Assembly (NCBI GenBank): GCA_950097015.1
Contig: CATNEN010000024.1
Span: forward strand, 3,348,001 to 3,412,000
Direction of reading: 5' to 3'
DNA from: Macrostomum hystrix
Taxonomy: Eukaryota; Animalia; Platyhelminthes
Length of the DNA stretch: 64,000 nt
Made by a program: the position numbers and the translations under genes
Shown here: piece by piece, positions 36,846 through 50,188 of the stretch
Position numbering within the stretch: position 1 is the first letter of the stretch
How the letters are laid out: the number at the start of each line of letters is the position of its first letter
The notes under the pieces: model-generated
What the model saw: the letters and a program-made list of their open reading frames with translations, nothing else
The model's database searches: none
What the model was told of the DNA's origin: nothing

Positions 36846-39379
36846 TCACAAACCCTCTCACCTCTCTTTTAATTCGACTTTTGATCAGAACATTTAATCT
36901 CGCACTATAGCACACTGCCACGTTGGTCGTGACTCATGAGAACCTGCATTAATATTTTTCTCTCCAAATTATTGAAGAATGTCGTGTTTATTTATTTTCG
37001 AATCTCCCCATTTGCACAGCCACAGAGGCGGAACACTGCAGCCATACACTAAGCGCAAGCCAGGGAAAAAAGCTTTAAAAATAAATCAAAATGTTGCATT
37101 CATTCTACTGTTAGTAAACAATTGCGAATATTGCGTCGCTATTTCACATATTTTTTTCAAATTTAGCAAGCAAGATTTTTCTGATAGTGATTAACGTTTA
37201 AAATCATTTTCCCTTCCAGTGTGGAGATGCTTAGACACAGCTTCTGCCTGCATGCCATTGTCCTTATTGTTCCTGTTGCCCCTCTCGACTGTCACCTTTT
37301 GTTGTTTCTTAGATACAAGGATTGATCTCAAATTTATTTTGTGCTTTGCCATCCCTTTCGGCAAAGTTTTTATTAATATAGAAACAATTTTGTTTATTTA
37401 TTTTGCCTTCTTTTGATTTCTTTTGGGGCGAAAGACGGGAGGGAGAGAAATGAAAGATAAGTGATAAGAGAAAAAAGAGATGAGAGAAAGGAGAGATAAG
37501 AGATAAGAGAGATGAGATTGAGGAGTTGGATTTTTCTCACACAAAAACTTTCTTCCTCACTTCTAGATTTAATTGAATCTAGGTGACTAGGTCCCCTTAA
37601 GAAATGTACTACTTTGAAATAGCGCTATACGGATCTCAACTGAAAAGTTTACTTACTTCTGTCTTTTCGCGAAGGAGGCCTTGAAATGAAGTCGGATTTC
37701 ACTTAAAGTGCGATCGCTTAAAGTTCTTCTTGATGCGGGTTACGCCGATATGGGTTACGCTGCGAATAAAGTAACCGACGATGGGAGTCTCAGATAGACT
37801 CAAATACTCAATTGAAATTATCTCAGCTCTACACTTGCAGCGGCTTACTGCCACGCGCGGTTATCTCAATATAACTACTTCCCGACGCGCCATTGTTCCC
37901 CGTGAACAATTGTTCGGCCTTCGGTCTCCGAAATAAATTCGCGAGGACCGGGTACCTCGTAACCTCCGAGTTCCTCCGGTAGTTCCTCGAAACTCGGGAT
38001 AACTTTCAAAATCCCCGCTAACTGTAAAGAGAGGAGGGACGCTTCTATACAGCAGACACTTAGGAGAGCAGGCATTACTAAGTGTGCCTATAATTAAAAT
38101 GACTGACTCAACTCAAAAGGGGTCCTGATATATTTATTGCCTGTAGGCCGGGATAGGCGACTTACGTGAAGTCGAAGACTCTTCTTGTAGGACTAATTGT
38201 CTCTGGAGACGCCGGTCGGACCCGCTGATCTGGGTCTGAATTTCCGTGACTCCAGCGCATGTGTATTTATAGTCTTTCAAAAGTTGTCACATTCTACGGT
38301 GCAATCGCGTGATGGATCCATGCTGGTTCTGGTTGGCCTACTGACAGTTTGACATTTTCTACTAAGGAAGAAGAAGCTGGAGGGGTGGCTACTTGACGGA
38401 TTAACTAAAGGTGTGATATCATCATTGAGTAATTCTATTTCCGTCGTTCTATTTTGGTTCTTACCGTAATGACGTGGTTGCGCATGCTTGTGTATAGCGA
38501 TGCTAGGATACCGTATCTATTGTCGTAAGCGTTTTAATATATTCGCATTGACGATGCTCTACTTCCTACTATTGAAGCGCGAGTAGTAGTAAAGTATGTA
38601 CTCGTATATAAATTTGTAATATTTAAAAATCGCTTGAATTTTACTTCTATTGTTAGCGTTGACTACTCAACAAGATATAGGAAATTGGAATAATGATAGA
38701 AAGATGACAGAAAAGCATGACTCAGGTAGATTTCTTCAGTTAAAAAACAACTTTGTGCAAGCAGCTAGAGTATGAAAAAACTATTAAAGCAGTTCTGGCG
38801 GCCTTTACAAAGACGGCTTACACGCAGTCTGCAGCGGTGGGGCAGTTTTAAGACTTTTTCACGCGTCCCAACTCAAGCAAAATGGGGAGTTAGTCTCTAA
38901 GCACAGAATTCCCCAGTGAGTTTGTGCTCGGAGTCCTTAAAATGCTCGCACAAGACTGTCTACGGTACTCACTGCGGGACTCAAGGGCGACTTAAAATGC
39001 TGGAATGAGATTAGTAGCGGAATGAGATCTTGAGCAATCTTCAGCCGTCTTCTTTGCTAAAAGCTTGCTTCTAACAACAACTTTCATCACAATAATTCTA
39101 TTGCTTCACTACAGCAGGGGATGTGGTCGGACTTGACTTAATCCCAACAGACTGAATCCCAAGGAGAAGGACTGCTGAAGACCCTCTTGATTTAGGGAAA
39201 AAATGTTGACGGAAGATATTAGGCGAAAAAATACATGGATGAGATGACCAATATTAGCTCATTTAAATATAAATATATCCAAATTTTTGAAGTATTAGTA
39301 ACAACTTGTAAATAATTAATATTTTTACTGTATTTTATTTCCAACTATGTTTACTATTTTTATAAAAAATAATTATTAG

Positions 39380-39584
39380 GCCTAGCTATCGCGGTGCATC
39401 TGATGGCTGTGTAAATCTGTTTAGTCCATGTACTGGAGGCCGCGACGTCACAACTAATTGAAATTAACCTGTGCTAACTGAATCTGTCCAGCTGAAGGAA
39501 AAAAATTGTTACAGCGGCGTCGGGAATCGAACCCCTGACCTTCAAGACGTGAGTATGACACCCTAGCCACTAGGCTACAAGCCC
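39380..39584 (-). mobile_element. tRNA-derived SINE, family B copy (best-preserved head)
   Basis: Minus strand GGGCTTGTAGCCTAGTGGCTAGG...GGGGTTCGATTCCC (A and B boxes) without acceptor-stem pairing, followed by core GCGGCCTCCAGTACATGGACTAAACA. Confidence 0.7.
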
Positions 39585-39631
39585 TTGAAACAAAACATAA
39601 ACTGAAAAAGTCAGTAGATTGGTGGATATAA

Positions 39632-39995
39632 TTTTTCCAGGAATCAAGAGGGTCTTGCGTCATTCGACTTCAGTATTCGTTGATTTTTCCAGGAATCAAG
39701 AGGGTCTTGCGTCATTCGACTTCAGTATTCGTTGATTTTTCCAGGAATCAAGAGGGTCTTGCATCATTCCACTTCAGTATTCGTTGATTTTTACAGGAAT
39801 CAAGAGGGTCTTGCATCATTCCACTTCAGTATTCGTTGATTTTTACAGGAATCAAGAGGGTCTTGCGTCATTCGACTTCAGTATTCGTTGATTTTTCCAG
39901 GAATCAAGAGGGTCTTGCATCATTCCACTTCAGTATTCGTTGATTTTTACAGGAATCAAGAGGGTCTTGCGTCATTCGACTTCAGTATTCGTTGA
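39632..39995. repeat. Minisatellite, 52-nt unit x7
   Basis: TTTTCCAGGAATCAAGAGGGTCTTGCGTCATTCGACTTCAGTATTCGTTGAT in tandem. Confidence 0.95.
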
Positions 39996-40709
39996 CCGAG
40001 TCTGAGCAGGCATTTCGCAGAGATAAGCAAAAAAAGCTTTTTGTCAGAAAAACTTTGAGTAAACTTTAAGTTGAAAAATTTTTCTCGCACGATCAACGAA
40101 GAAGGCCGGCTAGCGGGCTGGCACGCGAGCTCGCATCGGTGCAGGAAGGAAATCGGCTGACGAACCCGACCGCGTGGCCAATTTTGTCAGGAAATAAACT
40201 TTGGCAAAGATGCTCGCGGAATCTTAAGAAGGCCTACAGGACAGGAAGGGCTATCTTGCCTAATCTGCAATAGAGATTCTTTACAGCTAGGGAACTGTGC
40301 CGACAGAAAGCTGAAATTCGCGGCAATTTCAGCGCACCGGACGGACGTGACCAGGACGCGAATTCAATTTGCTGGAGCTTGCTTTCTAAAAAAAATTTGT
40401 CTGCGTTGGAATTTTATTAAAAAGTTGATAGCGGCCGAGACAAAAAATTCTATATGGTGATACTTTTGCATGTCAGCTGTGATTTGGACAAATGCTGTCT
40501 GCACGCTTTGGACTTTGGAATGTTACGGCTTACCGATATTTCTGTGCTTCTTTGTTCCCTTTTTTGCTAAACATTGACGTCTTTTCTTGCGACATTCAGT
40601 GCGAATAGAAAAGTACTCGTACTGATCTGGGATAACTTCTTGCTGAATGAGTGTCATATAAAGGTGATCGAAAAAATATGGTTTAAACCCAATAGATCGA
40701 TAGATCGAT

Positions 40710-42185
40710 GTGGTTTTAGACCAATCTTATAGAAGACAGGTGTGGTTTCAGACCAATCTTATAGAAGACAGATGTGGTTTCAGACCAATCTTATAGAAGA
40801 CAGGTGTGGTTTTAGACCAATCTTATAGAAGACAGGTGTGGTTTTAGACCAATCTTATAGAAGACAGGTGTGGTTTCAGACCAATCTTATAGAAGACAGG
40901 TGTGGTTTTAGACCAATCTTATAGAAGACAGGTGTGGTTTCAGACCAATCTTATAGAAGACAGGTGTGGTTTCAGACCAATCTTATAGAAGACAGGTGTG
41001 GTTTTGGACCAATCTTATAGAAGACAGGTGTGGTTTTAGACCAATCTTATAGAAGACAGGTGTGGTTTCAGACCAATCTTATAGAAGACAGGTGTGGTTT
41101 TAGACCAATCTTATAGAGGACAGGTGTGGTTTTAGACCAATCTTATAGAGGACAGGTGTGGTTTTAGACCAATCTTATAGAAGACAGGTGTGGTTTTAGA
41201 CCAATCTTATAGAAGACAGGTGTGGTTTTAGACCAATCTTATAGAAGACAGGTGTGGTTTTAGACCAATCTTATAGAAGACAGGTGTGGTTTTGGACCAA
41301 TCTTATAGAAGACAGGTGTGGTTTTAGACCAATCTTATAGAAGACAGGTGTGGTTTTAGACCAATCTTATAGAAGACAGGTGTGGTTTTAGACCAATCTT
41401 ATAGAAGACAGGTGTGGTTTTAGACCAATCTTATATAGAAGACAGGTGTGGTTTTAGACCAATCTTATAGAAGACAGGTGTGGTTTTAGACCAATCTTAT
41501 AGAAGACAGGTGTGGTTTTGGACCAATCTTATAGAAGACAGGTGTGGTTTCAGACCAATCTTATAGAAGACAGGTGTGGTTTTAGACCAATCTTATAGAA
41601 GACAGGTGTGGTTTTAGACCAATCTTATAGAAGACAGGTGTGGTTTTAGACCAATCTTATAGAAGACAGGTGTGGTTTTAGACCAATCTTATAGAGGACA
41701 GGTGTGGTTTTAGACCAATCTTATAGAGGACAGGTGTGGTTTTAGACCAATCTTATAGAAGACAGGTGTGGTTTTAGACCAATCTTATAGAAGACAGGTG
41801 TGGTTTTAGACCAATCTTATAGAAGACAGGTGTGGTTTTAGACCAATCTTATAGAAGACAGGTGTGGTTTTAGACCAATCTTATATAGAAGACAGGTGTG
41901 GTTTTGGACCAATCTTATAGAAGACAGGTGTGGTTTTAGACCAATCTTATAGAAGACAGGTGTGGTTTTGGACCAATCTTATAGAAGACAGGTGTGGTTT
42001 CAGACCAATCTTATAGAAGACAGGTGTGGTTTTAGACCAATCTTATAGAAGACAGGTGTGGTTTTGGACCAATCTTATAGAAGACAGGTGTGGTTTTAGA
42101 CCAATCTTATAGAAGACAGGTGTGGTTTCAGACCAATCTTATAGAAGACAGGTGTGGTTTTAGACCAATCTTATAGAATACAGCT
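40710..42185. repeat. Minisatellite, 32-nt unit AGACCAATCTTATAGAAGACAGGTGTGGTTTT
   Basis: About 45 homogeneous copies. Confidence 0.97.
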
Positions 42186-43904
42186 GTGGTTTTAGTATAT
42201 TAATTTTATGATAGTAAGACCGATGTTGATTGTTATCTTGTACAATTGTTATCTTGTACAGTAGTCTTGTACAATGAGCGCCATTCCAAGAAATTAGGTA
42301 GCAGCTGCTGCTAATGAAGAAATTTTTCTGCTGAAACTGATATTCCCCAGCCTCGCTATTCCAATAATTTTCTCTGCGTTGTACTAAGGTCCGTCGAGTG
42401 TGTTCCGAAACGGACGGGATCAAGCCGGTTCTATTATATTGAAGGGTGGACTATATAGAGACTAATTAGTGCGGGATAAATTAACCAGTAGCTCTATGGG
42501 GGTACCTACTGCCCAGAGCTTTCTTTCGCTAAAATGAATTCCACAAGCAAGAAATTTTCTAGGCTGCTATAAATCGTCATCTTGGCCCAACCCGCGCCCA
42601 GATTCCCGAAGAACAGCTTCTAGAAGCAATGGGCGCCGTGCAGGGGGGTCTGACGCGAATGAAATTCAGGTGCAAGAGTTTATATATCGATGGTTTCTGT
42701 GTCTCGAACCGCCGTAGCCAAATGTTCCTCCGTTATTAATCTAGTAAAATTTTTACCGGTCCCAGCATGCCCATGTGTTGATTTGGGATTTTCAACTTTC
42801 GTCTTGGAATAGGACGGCGTCTGTTTACAGACCTGCCGTGACGACCATACGCGCTGGTACTGTGCATTCAACCGGCCATGACCCACAACATGCTATAAGA
42901 CTGAGCTTTTTGTACGTGCTTGATAATTTTCCCATAAGGCCGCATTTTATCCGTGCATAGGCAAAAATAAGTCTGTGGCCCGACCGTGGAGAACGTTAGC
43001 TGTAGAGAGAGAACTAAAGTGCATACACACACACGCACACCCGCCGGCGATCATTGTTGACAGTTCGCGCTCTCTGCCATTCACACATCGCACCACACAC
43101 ACACAAAGAGAATGAGGAGAGAGAGGGGGGAGAGAGAGCAAGAGCTAGCAGATAGAGAGGCCGCTTTTAAAGCCAACTCTCTCTTTAACTTTCCCGTCGG
43201 CTCCGATTCCCTTCGGCCGCCTGAGGCGCGACTTTTTTTAACTAGGCTTCTATGGGCGCGGATAGAGCAGTGAATTTAAATTGCAGCTCTGCCAGCATCC
43301 CAGATTGCGTTGGTCAGGACATGGAAGAGGGGGGGAGGGGGAAGTGTGTGCTCAGCTCACAAGGCGATAGAGAATGTCAATGCAGTGCTGGCGGTTCCAG
43401 TAGCTCTATTCCTTTCTATATTACCATCTTACCACACCCCAAAGCCTAGAAATACTCTCTATAATATATAAATATATTCGTTGTTTCATATCAGCAACAG
43501 AGTGGAAAAGGCAGGGATTGCAATGCCACTGTTAAGTATAGAGCAACCGGCTTTGTGTACAGGTTAAGGCAGCATAGGGAATGACGGGGCCGTGAACTGT
43601 GAAGAGCAGGTAAAGCGCAGACAATGCCGATCCAAGCTGCACTCGATCCAAGCCTGCCTCGCATCGATTGCCAGAACAGCCAGACAGAATCCGCCTTTTG
43701 TTATTTTAATTTACCTTTAACCCACTCGAGCTGCTGGGGCATTGTGGCAGGTCGAAACTATACAGCGAGGACCTTTGGGTCTCTCTCCCAAATCTACTCC
43801 GAAATAGTTGCATTGGACAGAAGGGCGTTGACTGGAGTCACACCAAGTTTCCTTTGCTCAAACCTCCTTGTTAGAAGGCTTAAGAGTTTGTCTTACGATG
43901 CATG

Positions 43905-44108
43905 CCAATAAGGGCCAACCCCCAAGGCACACCTGTCAGGGTAAATGTACACACCTGCGTGAGTGTATGCCTGCGTACGGTATCTGTGTGTGTGTGCTCA
44001 GGGGTCAGCGGAATGAGCAGGATAGCCTCCCCGCTGGCTGCGGGTCTAGTGCCACCAAATGATGCTCCTCTGTCCACAGCCCCCTTGCGAATACAATTAA
44101 TATTATCA
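43905..44108 (+). mobile_element. SINE family A, 3' half
   Basis: CCAAGGCAC...ATGTACACACCTGCGTGAGTG...GTGCTCAGGGGTCAGCGG...CTGCGGGTCTAGTGCCACCAAATGATG, with an AT-rich tail. Confidence 0.8.
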
Positions 44109-45304
44109 CAGGTGTAAGCACAAGAAGTTGAAAAGTACGAGTCTAAAAAGATGGCCTATATTTTCCTGGTTGGCCCTGTGATGCGCTCTTTGCGAACGTC
44201 ACCCGCTAGCTTTCAGCATCGACAAACAGTGGGTCAGGCGGTCGGTGTTTGGCGTAGCAGCAATTCTGGGCCAGTCTGAAGTCTTATTTTTCAGTGAAGT
44301 TTTCCAGGAAGGGGAGGCTGGCCGGCCACGTTGCTGCGAGGTTGGAAGCGAACAGAGGAGAGACGGGACTGGGAAGGGGACCGATAGGAGCTGAGCTCGA
44401 GCTTTCCGGACTCCCTATCGCCCTCTCTCCACACTCGGGACTTCCTTCCCTTCCTTTTGGCTGCCGAAAAATCGGCTGCACTATGGCCTGGAAATTGTGG
44501 CGGCCCGTTGCTCCGAGAAATTGTCGGATTTCTGGTTTACACACACGCACACACACACAGAGAGTGAATGAGAGACTGGTGTGGAGGCTTGCCAGGAAGT
44601 GAAGGCCTTCTAACTTGGGGTTGATGTGGCCCATTCTCTGACCCTGTCTTTTTTAGGTTCAGCTTATCTCACTCTCTGGCTCCTGACCTTCTTTTAATTA
44701 ATCTGACCCTCAGGCCTACGGGGGTGTCAGGATGGCTTGGGCACAGGTGTTGGCATGCATACCCTGGCTGCTGGACTGCCCAAGCAATATGCATGTATAG
44801 TTTGGACATATATACTTCTCTCCCTACTTCTCTTTTCCCCTCTCCTCCTCTCTCCCTCCCTCTCTCCCCCTCTCTTCCTCTCCCCCTCTCTTTTCCTCTC
44901 TCTTCCCCAATTCCTCCTCTTTCCCCCATCTCTCTCTTCCTCTCCCTGTCCCCTAAATCTCTCTCTCACTATATATTTCTCTCCCTCCCTCCTCTTTCTC
45001 TCTCACTCTCTCGCCACATCAGAACAGGCAGTATCGAAGCTATTTCTAATCTAGTCGCTGAGAACCTTTGACGTCCTTTTATACAGTTCAATTCCATTTC
45101 AGACTGCAGAAAATTGGATGGAGAAGTGCTACCGTATGGATATGTACTATAAACATGCTCTAGTAGCTCGTACAGTGGGTCACACTTGAAAGTATTCGGC
45201 AGAAAATATTTGCTATCGGTTCAAAACTGCTAAAATTTACCTTGCTTCATTATGGATCCGAAATTCACTTGTCTTCATTTAAGGGCACATGGTTACTTGT
45301 CAAA

Positions 45305-47020
45305 CAAGCACTTCACCTGCTAAATTGGCTCTTCGCTTGTTAGATCGGCTCATCACCTGTTAAATAGGCTCCTTACCTATTACACAAGCACTTCACCTGT
45401 TAGACAATCACTTCACCTGTTAGATTGGCTCCTCATCTATTACACAAGCACTTCACCTGTTAGACACACTTCACCTGTTAGATACGCACTTCACCTGTTA
45501 GACACGCACTTCACCTGTTAGATACACACTCCACCTGTTAGATACGCACTTCACCTGTTAGATACACACTCCACCTGTTAGATACGCACTTCACCTGTTA
45601 GATACGCACTTCACCTGTTAGACACACTTCACCTGATAGACACGCACTTCAACTATTAGATACGTACTTCACTTCACCTGTTAGATACGCACTTCACCTG
45701 TTAGACACGCACTTCACCTGTTAGACACGCACTTCACCTGTTAGATACACACTTCACCTGTTAGATACGCACTTCACCTGTTAGATACGCACTTCACCTG
45801 TTAGACACGCACTTCACCTGTTAGACACGCACTTCACCTGTTAGATACGCACTTCACCTGTTAGACACACTTCACCTGTTAGACACGCACTTCAACTATT
45901 AGATACGTACTTCACTTCACCTGTTAGATACGCACTTCACCTGTTAGACACGCACTTCACCTGTTAGACACGCACTTCACCTGTTAGATACACACTTCAC
46001 CTGTTAGAGACACACTTCACCTGTTAGACACGCACTTCAACTATTAGATACGTACTTCACTTCACCTGTTAGATACGCACTTCACCTGTTAGACACGCAC
46101 TTCACCTGTTAGACACGCACTTCACCTGTTAGATACACACTTCACCTGTTAGATACGCACTTCACCTGTTAGATACGCACTTCACCTGTTAGACACGCAC
46201 TTCACCTGTTAGACACGCACTTCACCTGTTAGATACGCACTTCACCTGTTAGACACACTTCACCTGTTAGACACGCACTTCAACTATTAGATACGTACTT
46301 CACTTCACCTGTTAGATACGCACTTCACCTGTTAGACACGCACTTCACCTGTTAGACACGCACTTCACCTGTTAGATACACACTTCACCTGTTAGAGACA
46401 CACTTCACCTGTTAGACACGCACTTCAACTATTAGATACGTACTTCACTTCACCTGTTAGATACGCACTTCACCTGTTAGACACGCACTTCACCTGTTAG
46501 ACACGCACTTCACCTGTTAGATACACACTTCACCTGTTAGATACGCACTTCACCTGTTAGATACGCACTTCACCTGTTAGACACGCACTTCACCTGTTAG
46601 ACACGCACTTCACCTGTTAGATACGCACTTCACCTGTTAGACACACTTCACCTGTTAGACACGCACTTCAACTATTAGATACGTACTTCACTTCACCTGT
46701 TAGATACGCACTTCACCTGTTAGACACGCACTTCACCTGTTAGACACGCACTTCACCTGTTAGATACACACTTCACCTGTTAGAGACACACTTCACCTGT
46801 TAGACACGCACTTCAACTATTAGATACGTACTTCACTTCACCTGTTAGATACGCACTTCACCTGCTAGACACGCACTTCACCTGTTAGACACGCACTTCA
46901 CCTGTTAGACACGCACTTCACCTGTTAGACACGCACTTCACCTGTTCGACACGCACTTCACCTGTTAGACACGCACTTCACCTGTTAGACGCGCACTTCA
47001 CCTGTTAGACACGCACTTCA
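45305..47020. repeat. Minisatellite, 20-nt unit CACTTCACCTGTTAGA(C/T)ACG, with a 388-bp higher-order repeat
   Basis: About 80 monomers; a diagnostic variant recurs at alternating 243/145-nt intervals. Confidence 0.95.
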
Positions 47021-49104
47021 CGTTTCGGATAAGCACTTCTTCAGTCAAAGAAGAACAACAAGCTTTATCGGGTAGAAACAATTGACATCCATTCCTACAG
47101 GTAATTTAGTTGTTTAGAATTTCCTGGCATCGTGACCTGTCAAATGCCGCTGTCCTGAATTGTCCATGCCAAAGCTTTTTGTAATGCCTTTCTCTATATG
47201 AAAAAAATATAAAACTAAAAGACAGGTGAGAAATGACAGCAAAATAGAATAGAGAGAGGTGGACCTGTGTACCAGCATATCTGGTACTTGATTTGACTGA
47301 TAAAGGCTGAGAAAATGCGAGTTAGGCAGTGAAGCAACAACTGCTAATTTGAGTAGGGAAATTTTGGACGGGATGGGAACAATCAACAGGTGGGTGAGAA
47401 TGGGAAGACAAAAAGACTGACACACGGATAGACGTTTAGCGTAATTTGAACGGCTGCACGGAGCTCAACAGCCCGAAGCAAATTCGGCTTCAAATATCTT
47501 TAACATTTATTTCCAGTTCGGTGCTTGGTTACATCGACTCCATACTGGGTTGTCATTGGTTTCTTCTGGAACAGCGGCAGACAGGGCCGCGACAGGGAGT
47601 GTCTGTATAGACTTTGGGGAGGCGAGGATGAGAACGACTGCAGCTTTAGGAATGGGATGGTTGCCATGCAATACAGGGCAGGGGCGGATAATTTCAGAAA
47701 GGATGCAGAGTCGTCCACCTTGTAGGCAGGTATGCAATTAGCTCAGCGACAACTGCCTTATTTAGCACAGGCCTCGACTTAAACTACTTCAAATTAGCCT
47801 CGCGTTACTGATTGAGTCAGGGGGGAAGCAACAAATGAGAGGTTCTTGTTTCAGCAAGGTGGGCCTACAGAATCTGACAACTGGGACTGCTGATCAGGCC
47901 GCCCCCGGATACTAAATTCCGCCCTTTATGCGTCGGCTATTCGCCATGAAAGACATAAACAATTGGAGGACTGGAAAGAAGGCTTCGTTCAGAAGAAGAA
48001 GAAGAAGAAACAGAGGGAAATGTATTGCCTCAGCTAATTCAGCCCGATATATTTTGGTTGGGATCCGCAGATCAGATTGCATCCGACAGCTGGCTGCCTA
48101 AACAGATGGCCGGAAACACAAACACGAAACACACACTCGACTGAGAGAATTGGTCCGGAGGAATCAGTTGCAGAGGAAACGCTGGCATAATTGATAGCTC
48201 AGAGGAATTGGTAGCGGAGTGAGTGGGAGGAGAAAACGAGAATGGAGAAGGGATTGCAGAGGGTAAGAGAGAAGAGGAGAAGAAAGGGAAGGAGAGGAGA
48301 GGAGAAGGAGTCAAGTAGAGGAGAGGATTTACTATTTTATCCTCTACCTTCTTATCCTCTCCTCTTAGGATAGGAGAGGATAAGAGAGCAGATGAGCAGG
48401 AGAGGCAGGTAGGGGATAGTTAGGCGAGGAGCATGGTGGGCATTCGGCCCAAGCGAGGCGCAAACAGCAGGCAATTTCCTGAAGGCGGGACGCTGTCACA
48501 CTCCCTTTCTCCTCCTGTATTATTCCCATGTCAGATTCCAGAGCCCCACGCAGTGTCTTGCCTCACGCAGCCTGTCTCTCCCTCTTAGTCCATCCGTGAT
48601 TTGTGCCTGTTACTTTTTTCTTCTCTTTCTTTGGGCAGATAAATAGATTTCTTCATCGGCAGGCTTCTTTGCTTGCTGAATTCGCCGATAGTTCGGAGTC
48701 ACGCACTGTGGAGTGAAACAAATCTGAAACACAGCGGGAAACCGGCTCTTCCTCATTCCCATCTCTAGCCATTCCTATCACCCTTGGACCAGTGCAACAT
48801 TTCGGCTAAGAATAGCGGGCGCGAAACACTATTTACCTGTGTTAAAATCTGTTTGATTAGGGCACTTTCTGGTGGGCCAGATCAGAGGGACACGGGCCTG
48901 TCCGTCTGACAGTCTGGCTACCGAAAACTGCTGTCAACAGCCGACAAGCTCATTTTTTCGGTTTCAAAATTTCTTTTAAAGTGCAGACGGACAAAGTACG
49001 TCTGGTTTGAAGAATTGCTAAACTATAAAAAATTAGAGTTCAATGGGATGAACGAGCTAGCAGGGCTGCAGGCGCAGACGACCCACAGTACACAGATAGC
49101 GTAA

Positions 49105-49185
49105 ATTGCACGACAAGCCTCCAAGCCTTCTCTCCGCGGCTGCCTCCTAAATGAATGTGGCCTCGCCGCGGAATCGGGTTCAAGA
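49105..49185 (-). mobile_element. SINE family A fragment
   Basis: Reverse complement reads CCCGATTCCGCGGCGAGGCCACATTCATTT...GCAGCCGCGGAGAGAAGGCTTGGAGGCTTGTCGTGCAAT. Confidence 0.75.
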
Positions 49186-49739
49186 AACTCTCGTCAACGC
49201 TCCGCTGTCCCATGCAACCATTTTGGAGCTGACTGATCACAATTTGGGCATTTCTTGACTGTTAAAGTGGTGAATTTAGAGCAGTAAATGGTGATTTACA
49301 AATTTATGAAACAGGAGTGATCAGCAGCTAGAGACGGGAAGGGCTGGCAGCGGACAATGAACCAGTCAGTCACTGCATCGCCTCGTCCAATCAGAACGCT
49401 GCAGTTGGGTGCAGTGGCCGCATCCCTGACTGTCCCTATCCGGCTATACCCCCCAACCAGATTTGAGCCGATTCAAAAAGCAGCCTTGCAGCCGTGCGGG
49501 TTGTTGCTAGCTGACAGCCGCGTGTCCTTAGAGAAACTGCACACCTGAATTTCTAGACAAATTTCGACTCATTCCGCTATCGTGGATAGTAACAAAGAGG
49601 TGAGCATATTCGCCTAAAATTATTTCTGATCTTTGTCAAGTCACATTTCATTAGAATGTTGGTTTCCAAATGCCTATGTACCGATGTGACTTATCCTAGT
49701 GTCCTTGGTTTTTTAAGACATTGTTCGGAAACGAACAAT

Positions 49740-50188
49740 AATCCTGGCAACAGACAATTATCCCAACAACAGAAAATTATCCCAGCAACAGACAATTATA
49801 CCAGCAACAGACAATTATCCCAGCAACAGAGAATTATCCCAGCAACAGACAATTATCCCAGCAACAGACAATTATCCCAGCAACAGACAATTATACCAGC
49901 AACAGACAATTATCCCAGCAACAGACAATTATCCCAACAACAGACAATTATCCCAGCAACAGACAATTATCCCAACAACAGACAATTATCCCAACAACAG
50001 ACAATTATCCCATCAACAGACAATTATCCCAGCAACAGACAATTATCCCAGCAACAGACAATTATCCCAGCAACAGACAATTATCCCAGCAACAGACAAT
50101 TACTCCAACAACAGACAATTATTCCAGCAACAGACAATTATCCCAGCAACAGACAATTATCCCAGCAACAGACAATTATCCCAGCAGC
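49740..50188. repeat. Minisatellite, 19-nt unit CAGACAATTATCCCAGCAA
   Basis: About 23 copies. Confidence 0.93.

Noticed and set aside
37563-37590. Helitron 3' end (hairpin CTAGATT...AATCTAG followed by CTAG)
   Set aside because: The terminal CTAG is followed by G rather than T, the hairpin is AT-rich, and no matching 5' TC end or second copy is seen.
39512-39584. tRNA gene on the minus strand
   Set aside because: A and B boxes are present, but acceptor and anticodon stems do not pair and it is followed by the SINE-B core; treated as a SINE head.
47525-47725. Claudin/PMP22-like peptide (TSTPYW...CLYRLW)
   Set aside because: Superficial motif resemblance only; it stops in frame with no transmembrane helices or partner exons.
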